34,612 bases of DNA, from positions 1 to 34,612 of the forward strand of contig CAJQOV010000030.1 of the NCBI GenBank assembly GCA_905480065.1, read 5' to 3'. The translations under genes were made by a program, and so were the position numbers. Positions 8,106-18,266 of the stretch are shown here, piece by piece. A model generated the notes under the pieces. It worked only from the letters and a program-made list of their open reading frames with translations. It was not told the origin of the DNA and searched no databases. The DNA is from an uncultured Gammaproteobacteria bacterium. GTDB taxonomy: Bacteria; Pseudomonadota; Gammaproteobacteria; UBA9214. Within the stretch, counting starts at the first letter, position 1; every line of letters starts with the position of its first letter.

Positions 8106-8306
8106 ATGAGCATTGAGCTGTTCGAGTCGATCTCGCTGCATCTCGGTATTGGTGGTCTGGTGCTGTACATGCTGTATGTAATGTACCGGCTGGCGAAGGA
8201 ATCCGGTGCCGGTCGTTTCGGTACACTGGTGATCTTTGTTTCGCTGGGACTCGGCATTGCCGGCTTTGCGGCCAAAACGGTGATCCAGCTGGTGATGCAT
8301 GTGTAG
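8106..8306 (+). CDS. DUF2788-like small membrane protein
   Basis: MSIELFESISLHLGIGGLVLYMLYVMYRLAKESGAGRFGTLVIFVSLGLGIAGFAAKTVIQ has two TM helices with a G-x-(K/R)-FG loop, as I remember for DUF2788. The ORF-track start at 8097 is a GTG; the ATG at 8106 is preferred. Confidence 0.6.
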   Translation: MSIELFESISLHLGIGGLVLYMLYVMYRLAKESGAGRFGTLVIFVSLGLGIAGFAAKTVIQLVMHV

Positions 8307-8312
8307 TCTGCT

Positions 8313-8382
8313 CAATCGCGGCTGCAAGCCGCTCCTGCAGTAATCAGCTACTCCTGTAGCAGCGTTTCGCAGGCGCGATTAA
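8313..8382. repeat. Inverted pair of REP-like elements (REP doublet / REPIN-like)
   Basis: Copy A is 8313..8340, CAATCGCGGCTGCAAGCCGCTCCTGCAG. Copy B is 8351..8382, and its reverse complement is TTAATCGCGCCTGCGAAACGCTGCTACAGGAG. They match at about 21 of 28 aligned positions by eye. Both resemble the pseudomonad REP core GCGGG-N-CCCGCTCCTACAGG. Confidence 0.55.
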
Positions 8383-8410
8383 TCCTGTGCAGGCCAGATC
8401 GCGATCGTAC

Positions 8411-8617
8411 CTATCGGTTTGACTGGTCCTCGTCCTTGCGTGAATCTTCCGGATGATCTTCCGGATGTTTCACAATGTCGTCATTGTCCATCAGGATGCG
8501 GTGTGCGGGCCCCTCTAGATCATCGAACTGGCCGGAGCGAATCGCCCACACAAACAGCCACACGATCAGCCCGACCAGCAGCAGGGAAAGCGGGATTAAC
8601 AGGTAAATCACTTCCAT
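8411..8617 (-). CDS. ccoS: cbb3-type cytochrome oxidase assembly protein CcoS/FixS
   Basis: MEVIYLLIPLSLLLVGLIVWLFVWAIRSGQFDDLEGPAHRIL is the canonical CcoS sequence. Its start overlaps the end of ccoI. Confidence 0.85.
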   Translation of the reverse strand: MEVIYLLIPLSLLLVGLIVWLFVWAIRSGQFDDLEGPAHRILMDNDDIVKHPEDHPEDSRKDEDQSNR

Positions 8618-11085
8618 GCTCTTTTCCCGGTCAGGCGCAGTGCATTCACTACTACCAGCAGCGAGCTGGTCGACATGCCGATGGCCGCCATCCAGGGCGC
8701 CACGAAGCCGAGCGCTGCCGCCGGTAGTGCCAGCAGATTATAGGCGACTGCCCACGCCAGGTTCTGGCGGATGATTTGCATGGTACGCCTGGCGAGTTTT
8801 ACACCGTCGGCAATGACTTGCAGGTGCTCGGTCAGCAGGATCATGTCGGCACCGGCGCGGGTGATATTGGTGGCAGCCTGCATGGCAATGGATATATCAG
8901 CGGCGCCCAGTACCGGCGCGTCATTGATGCCGTCGCCCACCATCACCACCACGTGTCCGAGCTGCTGAAGTCGTTGTACCTGGTCGAGCTTGTCGCCCGG
9001 CTTCATGTTGGCAAATACGCTATCAATACCGAGTTGATCCGCAACCGCACCGGCAGCCTGCTGGTTATCGCCGCTCATCAGGATGACTTGCATACCATCT
9101 TCCTGCAGTCGCTGGACGGCTACGGCTGCGTCCTCGCGTATTTCATCCTGCAGGGACAGTCTTGCGTGTATCTGTGTTGCATCGGCGAGAAAGACCCGGG
9201 TATCGCTGCGGTTGTCAGTCCACGCGTTTGCCGCACTGCAGTGCGCCTGGATAAAGCCGGCATTGCCGATGAACCATGGCAGGCCATCGACTGTCCCGCT
9301 GACGCCAGCCCCGGGATGATTGCGGACGTCACTCGCCGTGAGCATGGCCCCACCGGTATATTTGAGGATGGCCTGCGCTGTGGCATGTTCCGACTGGGCC
9401 TCCAGGGCAGCCGCGATCCGCAGCAGAGAGGTTTCATCCCGTGTCGAGTCGATCTGTACTTCGACCACCCTGGGCGTACCGACGGTGAGTGTGCCGGTCT
9501 TGTCGAAAACGATGTGCGTTGCCCGCGCCAGGGTTTCCAGTCGGGCGCTGCCGGTGGCCAGTATTCCCCTTGCCAGCAGGGTTCCGGTTGCTGCGCTGAT
9601 CGCCGTCGGTGTGGCCAGCGACAGGGCGCACGGACAGGTAACCACCAGCACGGATACCAGCACGGGCAGCCAGTGCTGCGGATCCTGTTGCCACCAGTAC
9701 AGGCCAACCAGGCCGGCAAGCAACAGTACGGCGGCGACAAAACCGCCGGCAACCCGGTCGGCCAGCCGCGTAATGGCCGGCTTCTGTTGTTGCGCGCTTT
9801 CCAGCAGGCGCGCGATTTCGGCGAGTACGGTGTCCTGTCCGGTGCGCTCCACGCGCATGACCAGCGGACTGTCCATGTTGATACTGCCGCCTATGAGCGC
9901 GTCACCCGCCGCCTTCTGCAGCGGTGTGCTTTCACCGCTCAGCAGGGCCTCGCTGACAGCGGAGGCGCCGGACTCGATGGTGCCGTCCACCGGGACGGTG
10001 GCGCCGGGCTTGATCAGTACCCGATCGCCCGGCTCCAGTTCAATGGCTGGTATGACCTCCGTTTGTGCGCCATCGCTCTCTCCTGTTAGTCGGGTTGCCA
10101 TGGCTGGTAGGCCCTGAGCCAGTGCCTCGGCCGTTTCCGCGCCACGCTTGCGCGCCACCATTTCAAAGTAGCGACTGACCAGCAGGAAGAAGATAAACAT
10201 GACCACCGAGTCGTAATACACCTCGCCATGACCGGCCAGCGTGGTGTGGATGCTGCCACCGAATGCCACCAGTATGCCCAGTGCCACCGGCACGTCCATG
10301 CCAACGCTGCGATTGCGCAGGTCGCGCCATGCGCCGTGCAGGAAGGGCATCCCGGAATACAGCAGTACCGGTGTCGTCAGCAGCAACCCGGTCCAGCGGA
10401 ACAGGCGCGTGAAGTTTTCTTCCATTCCGGACCACCCGCCCACATACAGGACCAGCGACAGCATCATGACCTGCATGCCGAGTACGCCGGCGATACCGAT
10501 GCGGCGCAGCTGTGTGCGACGTTCGCGCTCGCGTGCCAGCTGTTGCTGCGCCGGATCGTAGGGGTGGGCGGTGTAGCCGATGCGCTGGATCGCCTGCAGG
10601 ATCCCGCTGAGCTGGATCTGCGTGTCATCCCAGCGCACCCGCGCCCGGTGCGTGGCGTAGTTGACCTGGACATCGAGTACGCCCGGCAGCTGGCTGATGT
10701 GGCGTTCATTCAGCCACACGCAGGCTGCGCACACGATTCCTTCCAGGATCAGTGCCGCCTCATGTTCATGCGGGCCGGTGTCACGCACGAAGGTTTTCTG
10801 GATGGCGGGGTGGTCGTAGATGCGGGTTTGCTGGATAAACTCGGGGATCAGTACCGTGCCGGTGGCGGAAGGCTGTGTGCGATGCCGGTAGAAATCGCTG
10901 TGACCGGCAGCGACGATGGCCTGCGCGACGGCCTGGCAGCCATGGCAGCACATGGGGCGTTCCTTGCCCTGAATGGTTGCGGTGAGCGTTGTTCCATCGG
11001 GTACCGGCAGCCCGCAATGAAAACAGCTGGCTGCATACGCGTTTTCGGTAGTGACCGGTTTCGACAGGGATGTGGTGGGTTCCAT
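8608..11085 (-). CDS. ccoI: Copper-translocating P-type ATPase CcoI/FixI
   Basis: N-terminal CFHCGLP and CCHGCQ motifs, a CPC transmembrane metal site (VVTCPCALSLATP), the phosphorylation motif FDKTGTLT, and the hinge GDGINDAP. Confidence 0.9.
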   Translation of the reverse strand: MEPTTSLSKPVTTENAYAASCFHCGLPVPDGTTLTATIQGKERPMCCHGCQAVAQAIVAAGHSDFYRHRTQPSATGTVLIPEFIQQTRIYDHPAIQKTFVRDTGPHEHEAALILEGIVCAACVWLNERHISQLPGVLDVQVNYATHRARVRWDDTQIQLSGILQAIQRIGYTAHPYDPAQQQLARERERRTQLRRIGIAGVLGMQVMMLSLVLYVGGWSGMEENFTRLFRWTGLLLTTPVLLYSGMPFLHGAWRDLRNRSVGMDVPVALGILVAFGGSIHTTLAGHGEVYYDSVVMFIFFLLVSRYFEMVARKRGAETAEALAQGLPAMATRLTGESDGAQTEVIPAIELEPGDRVLIKPGATVPVDGTIESGASAVSEALLSGESTPLQKAAGDALIGGSINMDSPLVMRVERTGQDTVLAEIARLLESAQQQKPAITRLADRVAGGFVAAVLLLAGLVGLYWWQQDPQHWLPVLVSVLVVTCPCALSLATPTAISAATGTLLARGILATGSARLETLARATHIVFDKTGTLTVGTPRVVEVQIDSTRDETSLLRIAAALEAQSEHATAQAILKYTGGAMLTASDVRNHPGAGVSGTVDGLPWFIGNAGFIQAHCSAANAWTDNRSDTRVFLADATQIHARLSLQDEIREDAAVAVQRLQEDGMQVILMSGDNQQAAGAVADQLGIDSVFANMKPGDKLDQVQRLQQLGHVVVMVGDGINDAPVLGAADISIAMQAATNITRAGADMILLTEHLQVIADGVKLARRTMQIIRQNLAWAVAYNLLALPAAALGFVAPWMAAIGMSTSSLLVVVNALRLTGKRAWK

Positions 11086-11184
11086 GCGATTGCCTGGTTT
11101 CAGTATGGCGTCACATCGGGGTAACCGGCGTAGCCTACCGGCAATCGGTCCATACAGGAATGCGTATTATAATTTTCTTATGAA

Positions 11185-11198
11185 TTGATGCAGATCAA
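11185..11198. promoter_or_regulatory. Perfect FNR/Anr-type box TTGAT-N4-ATCAA
   Basis: TTGATGCAGATCAA lies between the divergent ccoI (start 11085, -) and ompW (start 11304, +). AATAAT at 11221..11226 is centred 32 bp downstream of the box centre, which is class II FNR promoter geometry on the + strand. Confidence 0.6.
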
Positions 11199-11303
11199 CA
11201 CTTGCCGATGCCTGCTTGCAAATAATACGACACACAATAGTCCTATTGCGCATGCCGCTGTGCGGCGCACTGGCCCGTACATGTAAAAAAACAGGAGAGT
11301 GTC

Positions 11304-11936
11304 ATGAAAAAACGTTTTGCAACAACGCTGTTGGCTACCTTGATCGCCACTTCGGCACAGGCTTACCAGGCGGGTGATTTTTTGTTGCGGGCTGGCCCTG
11401 CCGGCGTGTTGCCAACCGGAGATTCCGATGATACCGGCCTGGGTGCCGGTACCAAGGTTGAGGCACAGGATGCCTGGAGCCTGGGTATCACCTTCACCTA
11501 CATGGCCACTGACAACATCGGTGTGGGCGTGCTGGCCGCCTGGCCGTTTACGCATGATATCGATGGCGCCGGTACAATTTCGAGCGTGGGAACCGTTGGA
11601 GAAACCAAACATTTGCCACCGACGGTAACCGTGCAGTACCACTTCGATAGCGGGTCCAATCTTCATCCGTATGTAGGTGCAGGTCTAAACTACACTTACT
11701 TCTTCGATGAAAAAACCAAGGGTGCTCTGGCCGGCGAAAGTCTGTCTCTTGATAGCTCGTGGGGTCTGGCCGGCGAGATCGGCGTGGACTACGATTTGCA
11801 GAATGACTGGTTGCTCGGTGCGCAGCTGTTCTACATCGATATCGACACCAAGGCAAAGGTTTCCGGTGCTGCCGGTAACTTCGATGTCGAGATTGACCCC
11901 TGGGTCGTTATGTTCAGTGTCGGCAAGAAGTTCTGA
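11304..11936 (+). CDS. ompW: Outer membrane protein OmpW
   Basis: AGGAGA RBS. Signal peptide MKKRFATTLLATLIATSAQA. OmpW-family signature YQAGDFLLRAGPAGVLP...HPYVGAGLNYTYFF...PWVVMFSVGKKF. Confidence 0.85.
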   Translation: MKKRFATTLLATLIATSAQAYQAGDFLLRAGPAGVLPTGDSDDTGLGAGTKVEAQDAWSLGITFTYMATDNIGVGVLAAWPFTHDIDGAGTISSVGTVGETKHLPPTVTVQYHFDSGSNLHPYVGAGLNYTYFFDEKTKGALAGESLSLDSSWGLAGEIGVDYDLQNDWLLGAQLFYIDIDTKAKVSGAAGNFDVEIDPWVVMFSVGKKF

Positions 11937-12040
11937 TCTTCATGGCTTGAATAGGCCTCAGGCCTGAAGGATACTGGCATACCGAGTGTGCGCAGCCCAG
12001 GTTGTGCACACCCCAAAAAAATGCACGGGGAGACTGACCA

Positions 12041-12640
12041 ATGTTGCAACACGTCTGGGGTTTGTTCGTCAATCCAAAGCGTGAATGGGAGGCCATTCGC
12101 GACGATAAATGTACCATTGGCAAGTGTTACGCGATTCATGTCCTTATCCTCGCTGCCATCCCGGCCATCTCCGGATTCATCGGCACTACGCAATTCGGCT
12201 GGCAGATTGGTGTCGGTGACGCGGTCAAGCTGACCGTCGAAAGTGCCGCGATTATCTCGGTACTCTATTACCTGGCCATGCTGGTAGGTGTCTATGCGAT
12301 CGGCTGGATGATCTACTGGATGGGTGGTACCTATGGAGCGGAAGCGCCCCTTTCACAGTGCGTGGTGCTGGCTGCCTATACTGCCACGCCGTTGTTCCTG
12401 ATCGGACTGATGGAACTCTACCCGGTGCTGTGGGTGAATCTCGTCGTCGGCATCGTGGCGCTCGCCTATACCGTATACCTGCTGTATACCGGCGTGCCGA
12501 TCATGATGGGTATTTCCGAAGACCGTGGTTTTCTGTTCTCCAGTGCGGTACTGGCGGTTGGCCTGGTGTCGTTCGTTGCGCTGCTTGCGATCACTGCCAT
12601 CCTGTGGGGCATGGGCCTGGAACCGCGATTTACCCGCTAG
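12041..12640 (+). CDS. Yip1-family inner membrane protein
   Basis: The N-terminus MLQHVWGLFVNPKREWEAIRDD is followed by five hydrophobic helices, which fits the Yip1/DUF1282 pattern. Confidence 0.7.
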   Translation: MLQHVWGLFVNPKREWEAIRDDKCTIGKCYAIHVLILAAIPAISGFIGTTQFGWQIGVGDAVKLTVESAAIISVLYYLAMLVGVYAIGWMIYWMGGTYGAEAPLSQCVVLAAYTATPLFLIGLMELYPVLWVNLVVGIVALAYTVYLLYTGVPIMMGISEDRGFLFSSAVLAVGLVSFVALLAITAILWGMGLEPRFTR

Positions 12641-12741
12641 TCCACGCTGGGCTGCGCCATGGCGCATGTTGGCAGCTAATAAAATGCCAGTAGCTGCACA
12701 CAGGTAATCGAAACATCAATGAGATCAGTCAGGAGTCCAGC

Positions 12742-14163
<1,422 letters not shown>

Positions 14164-14173
14164 GGAGACGAAC

Positions 14174-14788
14174 ATGGCGTCAGGACATGACAGGATCGAA
14201 AAAAATATCGGTTTGATGATCATTCTGGTCATCATCACCGTATCCATCGGCGGTCTGGTGCAGATCGTGCCGTTATTCTTTCAGCATTCCACCACGGAAG
14301 CCGTAGCAGGGCTGCAGCCCTATTCGCCGCTGCGACTGGCCGGGCGTGATGTCTATATACGCGAGGGCTGTTACCTGTGTCACTCGCAGATGATTCGTCC
14401 GTTCCGTGCCGAAACGGAACGTTACGGGCACTACTCGGTTGCCGGCGAGTATGTATATGACCGGCCGTTCCAGTGGGGCTCCAAGCGTACCGGGCCCGAC
14501 CTGGCGCGGGTTGGCGGGCGCTACAGTGACGATTGGCACCGGGTGCACATGCACAATCCGCGTGACGTGGTGCCCGAGTCCATTATGCCGGGCTATCCGT
14601 GGCTGGAGGAAACTGCCGCCGATGCCTCTGCAATCAGGAAAAAGATGGAGGTTCTGCGGATGCTGGGCGCACCCTATTCCGACCAGGAGATCGAGAATGC
14701 CCCTGCGGCGCTGGAAGGCAAGACCGAGCTGGATGCTCTTGTTGCCTACCTGCAGGAACTCGGCACTGCGATCAAGATGCGGAGATAG
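14174..14788 (+). CDS. ccoO: Cytochrome c oxidase cbb3-type subunit II (monoheme)
   Basis: The ATG at 14174 follows GAGGAG. N-terminal TM anchor and CYLCH heme-binding motif. The sequence is typical of CcoO ([14 protein letters not shown]...[16 protein letters not shown]). Confidence 0.95.
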   Translation: MASGHDRIEKNIGLMIILVIITVSIGGLVQIVPLFFQHSTTEAVAGLQPYSPLRLAGRDVYIREGCYLCHSQMIRPFRAETERYGHYSVAGEYVYDRPFQWGSKRTGPDLARVGGRYSDDWHRVHMHNPRDVVPESIMPGYPWLEETAADASAIRKKMEVLRMLGAPYSDQEIENAPAALEGKTELDALVAYLQELGTAIKMRR

Positions 14789-14793
14789 CGGCC

Positions 14794-14979
14794 ATGGATA
14801 TTTCTATCATACAGTCGGTATGGACCGTGGTGGTCATGGTGCTGTTTGTCGGGATCGTGATCTGGGCCTGGAGTGGCAAGCGCAGCAAGCAGTTTGACGA
14901 GGCCGCGAATTTGCCATTCGACGAGGAGGATGCGCTGATCGCGGCAAAAACAATTTCCAAGGAGAGCACCCATGGCTGA
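14794..14979 (+). CDS. ccoQ: cbb3 oxidase subunit CcoQ
   Basis: A 61-aa single-TM peptide, MDISIIQSVWTVVVMVLFVGIVIWAWSGKRSKQFDEAANLPF, located between ccoO and ccoP. It overlaps the ccoP start. The ORF-track entry 14599..14979 is an upstream extension of this frame. Confidence 0.75.
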   Translation: MDISIIQSVWTVVVMVLFVGIVIWAWSGKRSKQFDEAANLPFDEEDALIAAKTISKESTHG

Positions 14980-15892
14980 TTTCACCAGTGGCTTCTGGAA
15001 CTTTTACATCATCATTCCGACCGTCCTTGGCATCGTCGCCTGCTTCCTGCTGATCCGCTGGTTGTCCACCGACATCCATCCGGACCAGGAAGGCAAGGAG
15101 ATGGATCATGTGTGGGACGAGGATCTCGTCGAACTGAACAATCCGCTGCCCCGCTGGTGGCTGAACATGTTCTATCTCACGCTGTTCTTTGGCATCGGTT
15201 ACCTGTTGTTATATCCGGGGCTGGGTACCTTCAAGGGCTTGCTGGGCTGGACCTCGATCGGACAATACCAGCGCGAGGTCGACGTGGCGGACGCCAAGTT
15301 CGGCCCGTTGTTCAAGAAATACGCAGAGATGGACATCGTGGCGGTCGCAGCTGATCCGGCAGCCCGGCACATGGGTGAGCGCATGTTTGTGAGCTATTGT
15401 GCGCAATGTCATGGGTCGGACGCACGCGGTGCGCGCGGATTTCCCAATCTGCGTGACAATGACTGGCTCTATGGTGGCGACCCGCAGACCATTCTGCAGA
15501 CCATTCTGGAAGGTCGTAACGGGGTTATGCCGGCATGGGAGGCTGCACTTGGTGGCGAGACTGGCGTTTCCGATGTTGCTGAATACGTTTTCACCCTGTC
15601 CGGTCGCAAGGCAGATGAAGCTGCAGCGTTGCGCGGCAAGGAGAAATTTGACGCGATGTGCGTGGCCTGCCACGGCGCCGATGGCAAGGGCAACCAGATG
15701 CTGGGTGCACCGAACCTGACCGACAACGTCTGGCTGTACGGCAGTAGCAAGAAGAGTGTCATGGAAACCATTGCCAGGGGCAGAAATGGCAATATGCCGC
15801 CACACCGTGATTTCCTTGGCGAGGAAAAGGCGCACCTGCTGGCTGCTTATGTCTACAGCCTGTCTACCGGTCAGGCGGACGAACAGGAATAA
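14972..15892 (+). CDS. ccoP: Cytochrome c oxidase cbb3-type subunit III (diheme)
   Basis: N-terminal TM anchor and two CxxCH motifs (CAQCHG and CVACHG). The sequence is typical of CcoP. Confidence 0.95.
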   Translation: MADFTSGFWNFYIIIPTVLGIVACFLLIRWLSTDIHPDQEGKEMDHVWDEDLVELNNPLPRWWLNMFYLTLFFGIGYLLLYPGLGTFKGLLGWTSIGQYQREVDVADAKFGPLFKKYAEMDIVAVAADPAARHMGERMFVSYCAQCHGSDARGARGFPNLRDNDWLYGGDPQTILQTILEGRNGVMPAWEAALGGETGVSDVAEYVFTLSGRKADEAAALRGKEKFDAMCVACHGADGKGNQMLGAPNLTDNVWLYGSSKKSVMETIARGRNGNMPPHRDFLGEEKAHLLAAYVYSLSTGQADEQE

Positions 15893-15915
15893 TTGCGGGA
15901 ATACGGGAAGAATTT

Positions 15916-16188
15916 GTGTCGGACAGGCAGATACCAAAATCACAGAAGTGCATAGCGGTGCTGTGGCCGTCCTTCCTGGTCGCGATCATTGCAACCGGTC
16001 TGTTTTTTTCTGCATTCGATCCGGAAGAGCTGTATCCGTTCGGGGAAGATACCGGGGTGAGCCGGCTGGGTATCTACTCGATCGGCTTCCTTTGTTTCTG
16101 GCTGATCTCAACCATTTCGGGAATTGGCACCCTGTATTTCGCCATCACCAATTGTATGGCCCGTGACCGGGATAACCCGGGCCAGTAA
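15916..16188 (+). CDS. Small membrane protein of unknown function between ccoP and ccoG
   Basis: GTG start. Two predicted TM helices (IAVLWPSFLVAIIATGLFFSAF and IGFLCFWLISTISGIGTLYFAI). It fills the ccoP-ccoG gap on the same strand. I recognise no family. Confidence 0.45.
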   Translation: MSDRQIPKSQKCIAVLWPSFLVAIIATGLFFSAFDPEELYPFGEDTGVSRLGIYSIGFLCFWLISTISGIGTLYFAITNCMARDRDNPGQ

Positions 16189-16197
16189 GGGCCAGAC

Positions 16198-17613
16198 ATG
16201 GCTGATGCCAACCCGCAGACGCCCGTCGGTGACGGCCATGCCGACGACATCGTCGTCAACTCCCTTTACGCCAAGGCGGCGAAAATCTATCCGCGCGAGG
16301 TGCATGGCCTGTTTGCACGCTTGCGTGTGCTGGGTGTGCTGGGTCTGCTGGGTATCTATTACATCACACCGTGGCTGCAGTGGGATGGTCACCAGGCGTT
16401 GCTGCTGGATCTACCGGCGCGCAAGTTTCATATTTTCTTTATTACGCTGTGGCCACAGGACTTCATTTATCTGGCTGTGCTGCTGATCATTTCCGGTCTT
16501 ACACTGTTTTTCGTAACCGCACTGGCCGGGCGCGTGTGGTGCGGTTATGCCTGTCCGCAAACCGTGTGGACCGAGGCATTCACGTGGATCGAGCGCAAGG
16601 TCGAGGGCGATCGCATGCGGCAGCAGAAGCTGGATGCGCAACCCATGAATGTCCGCAAGTTCCGCATCAAGGCAACCAAGCACTTGCTGTGGGCAGCGTT
16701 CGCCGGCTGGACCGGCTACACCTTCGTGGGCTATTTCACCCCGATCATCGAGCTGGGCCAGCGGACGCTGACGTTTGATCTGGGACCATGGGAAACCTTC
16801 TGGGTGATTTTCTACGGTTTCGCTACCTACGGAAATGCCGGCTGGATGCGTGAACAGGTGTGCAAGTACATGTGCCCCTATGCGCGGTTCCAGGGTGCGA
16901 TGTTCGACAGGGATACATTGATTGTGTCCTACATCGAGGCGCGCGGCGAGCCGCGCGGATCACGCAAGCGCAGCGTTGATCCAGGGGCACTGGGGCTGGG
17001 CGACTGTATCGACTGTACGATCTGTGTACAGGTCTGTCCGACCGGCATCGACATCCGGGATGGTCTGCAATACGAGTGTATTGCCTGCTCCGCCTGTATT
17101 GATGCCTGCGATGATGTGATGGAAAAGATGGGTTACGAGAAAGGGCTCATCAAGTACACCACGGAAAACTCCATGGAGGGTAAACAGACCCATATCGTCC
17201 GGCCACGTATAGTTGTCTATGCGCTGATCCTGGCCGGCATCATGGGGCTGTTTGCCTATTCATTCAGTACCCGTGTTGCGCTGGGGCTCGATGTGATTCG
17301 TGACCGTAACCAGCTGTATCGCGAGACCGAAGAAGGGTTGATTGAAAACGTCTATATCCTCAAGGTTCTCAACATGGATGATGTGGCGCATCGCTTCAAC
17401 TTGCAGGTCAGTGGTGTTCCGGGGATGCAGATGTACATGGATTTGCCGGAAATTCGCGTTGCATCCGGTGATGTACTCGAGTTGCCGGTCCGTCTGCGGG
17501 TTGATGAGGCCGAGTTGCATGCCCGCAGTACGCACATCAGGTTTGATCTGGTAGCTGAAGATGATGACAAACTGGCTGCAGCCGAAGAGGCGCGTTTCCT
17601 TGGCCCACAATAA
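16198..17613 (+). CDS. ccoG: Cytochrome c oxidase accessory protein CcoG/FixG (4Fe-4S ferredoxin-type)
   Basis: CGYACPQT, CIDCTICVQVCPTGIDIR and CIACSACIDAC cluster motifs, with the typical CcoG membrane topology. Confidence 0.9.
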   Translation: MADANPQTPVGDGHADDIVVNSLYAKAAKIYPREVHGLFARLRVLGVLGLLGIYYITPWLQWDGHQALLLDLPARKFHIFFITLWPQDFIYLAVLLIISGLTLFFVTALAGRVWCGYACPQTVWTEAFTWIERKVEGDRMRQQKLDAQPMNVRKFRIKATKHLLWAAFAGWTGYTFVGYFTPIIELGQRTLTFDLGPWETFWVIFYGFATYGNAGWMREQVCKYMCPYARFQGAMFDRDTLIVSYIEARGEPRGSRKRSVDPGALGLGDCIDCTICVQVCPTGIDIRDGLQYECIACSACIDACDDVMEKMGYEKGLIKYTTENSMEGKQTHIVRPRIVVYALILAGIMGLFAYSFSTRVALGLDVIRDRNQLYRETEEGLIENVYILKVLNMDDVAHRFNLQVSGVPGMQMYMDLPEIRVASGDVLELPVRLRVDEAELHARSTHIRFDLVAEDDDKLAAAEEARFLGPQ

Positions 17614-17616
17614 CTC

Positions 17617-18126
17617 GTGGCACTCACTATGCCCATAATGCAGAAAAAACCCTGGTATTCCGAACCCTGGGTATGGCTGGTTATTGCCTTGCCGTTGACG
17701 GCAGTGATTGGCGGCGGTGTTACGCTCTGGCTGGCGGTCAGTACCAGCGACGGGCTCGTGATAGATGACTACTATCAGCGTGGCAAGGAGATCAACCTGG
17801 ACCTGGCGCGTGACAAGGCGGCGCTGCGCCGTGGCGTCAGTGCGGAAATGACCCTTAATGCGGCAGCCAATGCGGTCGCTGTGCACCTGGCCGACATGCA
17901 AGGTGGCTGGCCGAATCGGATCCGTTTGGCATTGTTGCATCCGACCCGTGCCGGTCACGATGTCGTTATCGACCTGTTGCATGCCGGATCAGGGAATTTT
18001 CATGGCAGCCTGCCGGCGCCCGCGAGCGGGCACTGGTACGTGCAGCTGGAAGCGGATGACTGGCGGCTTTCCGGTACGCTGCAGGTGCCGCAACTGGCGC
18101 CGTTTAGGATGTTTCCTGCACAATAG
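17617..18126 (+). CDS. ccoH: FixH/CcoH family protein
   Basis: KKPWYSEPWVWLVIALPLTAVIGGGVTLWLAVSTSDGLVIDDYYQRGKEIN is a typical FixH N-terminus. The start is uncertain: GTG at 17617, or ATG at 17629 or 17638. Confidence 0.8.
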   Translation: MALTMPIMQKKPWYSEPWVWLVIALPLTAVIGGGVTLWLAVSTSDGLVIDDYYQRGKEINLDLARDKAALRRGVSAEMTLNAAANAVAVHLADMQGGWPNRIRLALLHPTRAGHDVVIDLLHAGSGNFHGSLPAPASGHWYVQLEADDWRLSGTLQVPQLAPFRMFPAQ

Positions 18127-18154
18127 CTGTTGCTGTGTTTCCGTAGCGGTGTGT

Positions 18155-18177
18155 GAGCGCGCCGGGTCGCGCTCTTT
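18155..18177 (+). terminator. Possible intrinsic terminator after ccoH
   Basis: GAGCGCG-ccgggt-CGCGCTC, a 7-bp GC stem, followed only by a short TTT run. Confidence 0.35.
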
Positions 18178-18266
18178 CAGTCCGGACAAGGTAGCCCTCC
18201 GGTCAGCAAAAACCTGTATTCAAGCTATGCATAAACTGCCCCGAGATTGCCGGAATAGCTGTTGTA

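Noticed and set aside
8776-10089. 437-aa ORF on the plus strand (and the overlapping 265- and 298-aa ORFs)
   Set aside because: Antisense to ccoI, which has unambiguous P-type ATPase motifs. The translations are low-complexity and Arg/Gly/Ala-rich.
15209-15943. 244-aa ORF on the minus strand
   Set aside because: Antisense to ccoP, whose two CxxCH motifs fix the + frame.
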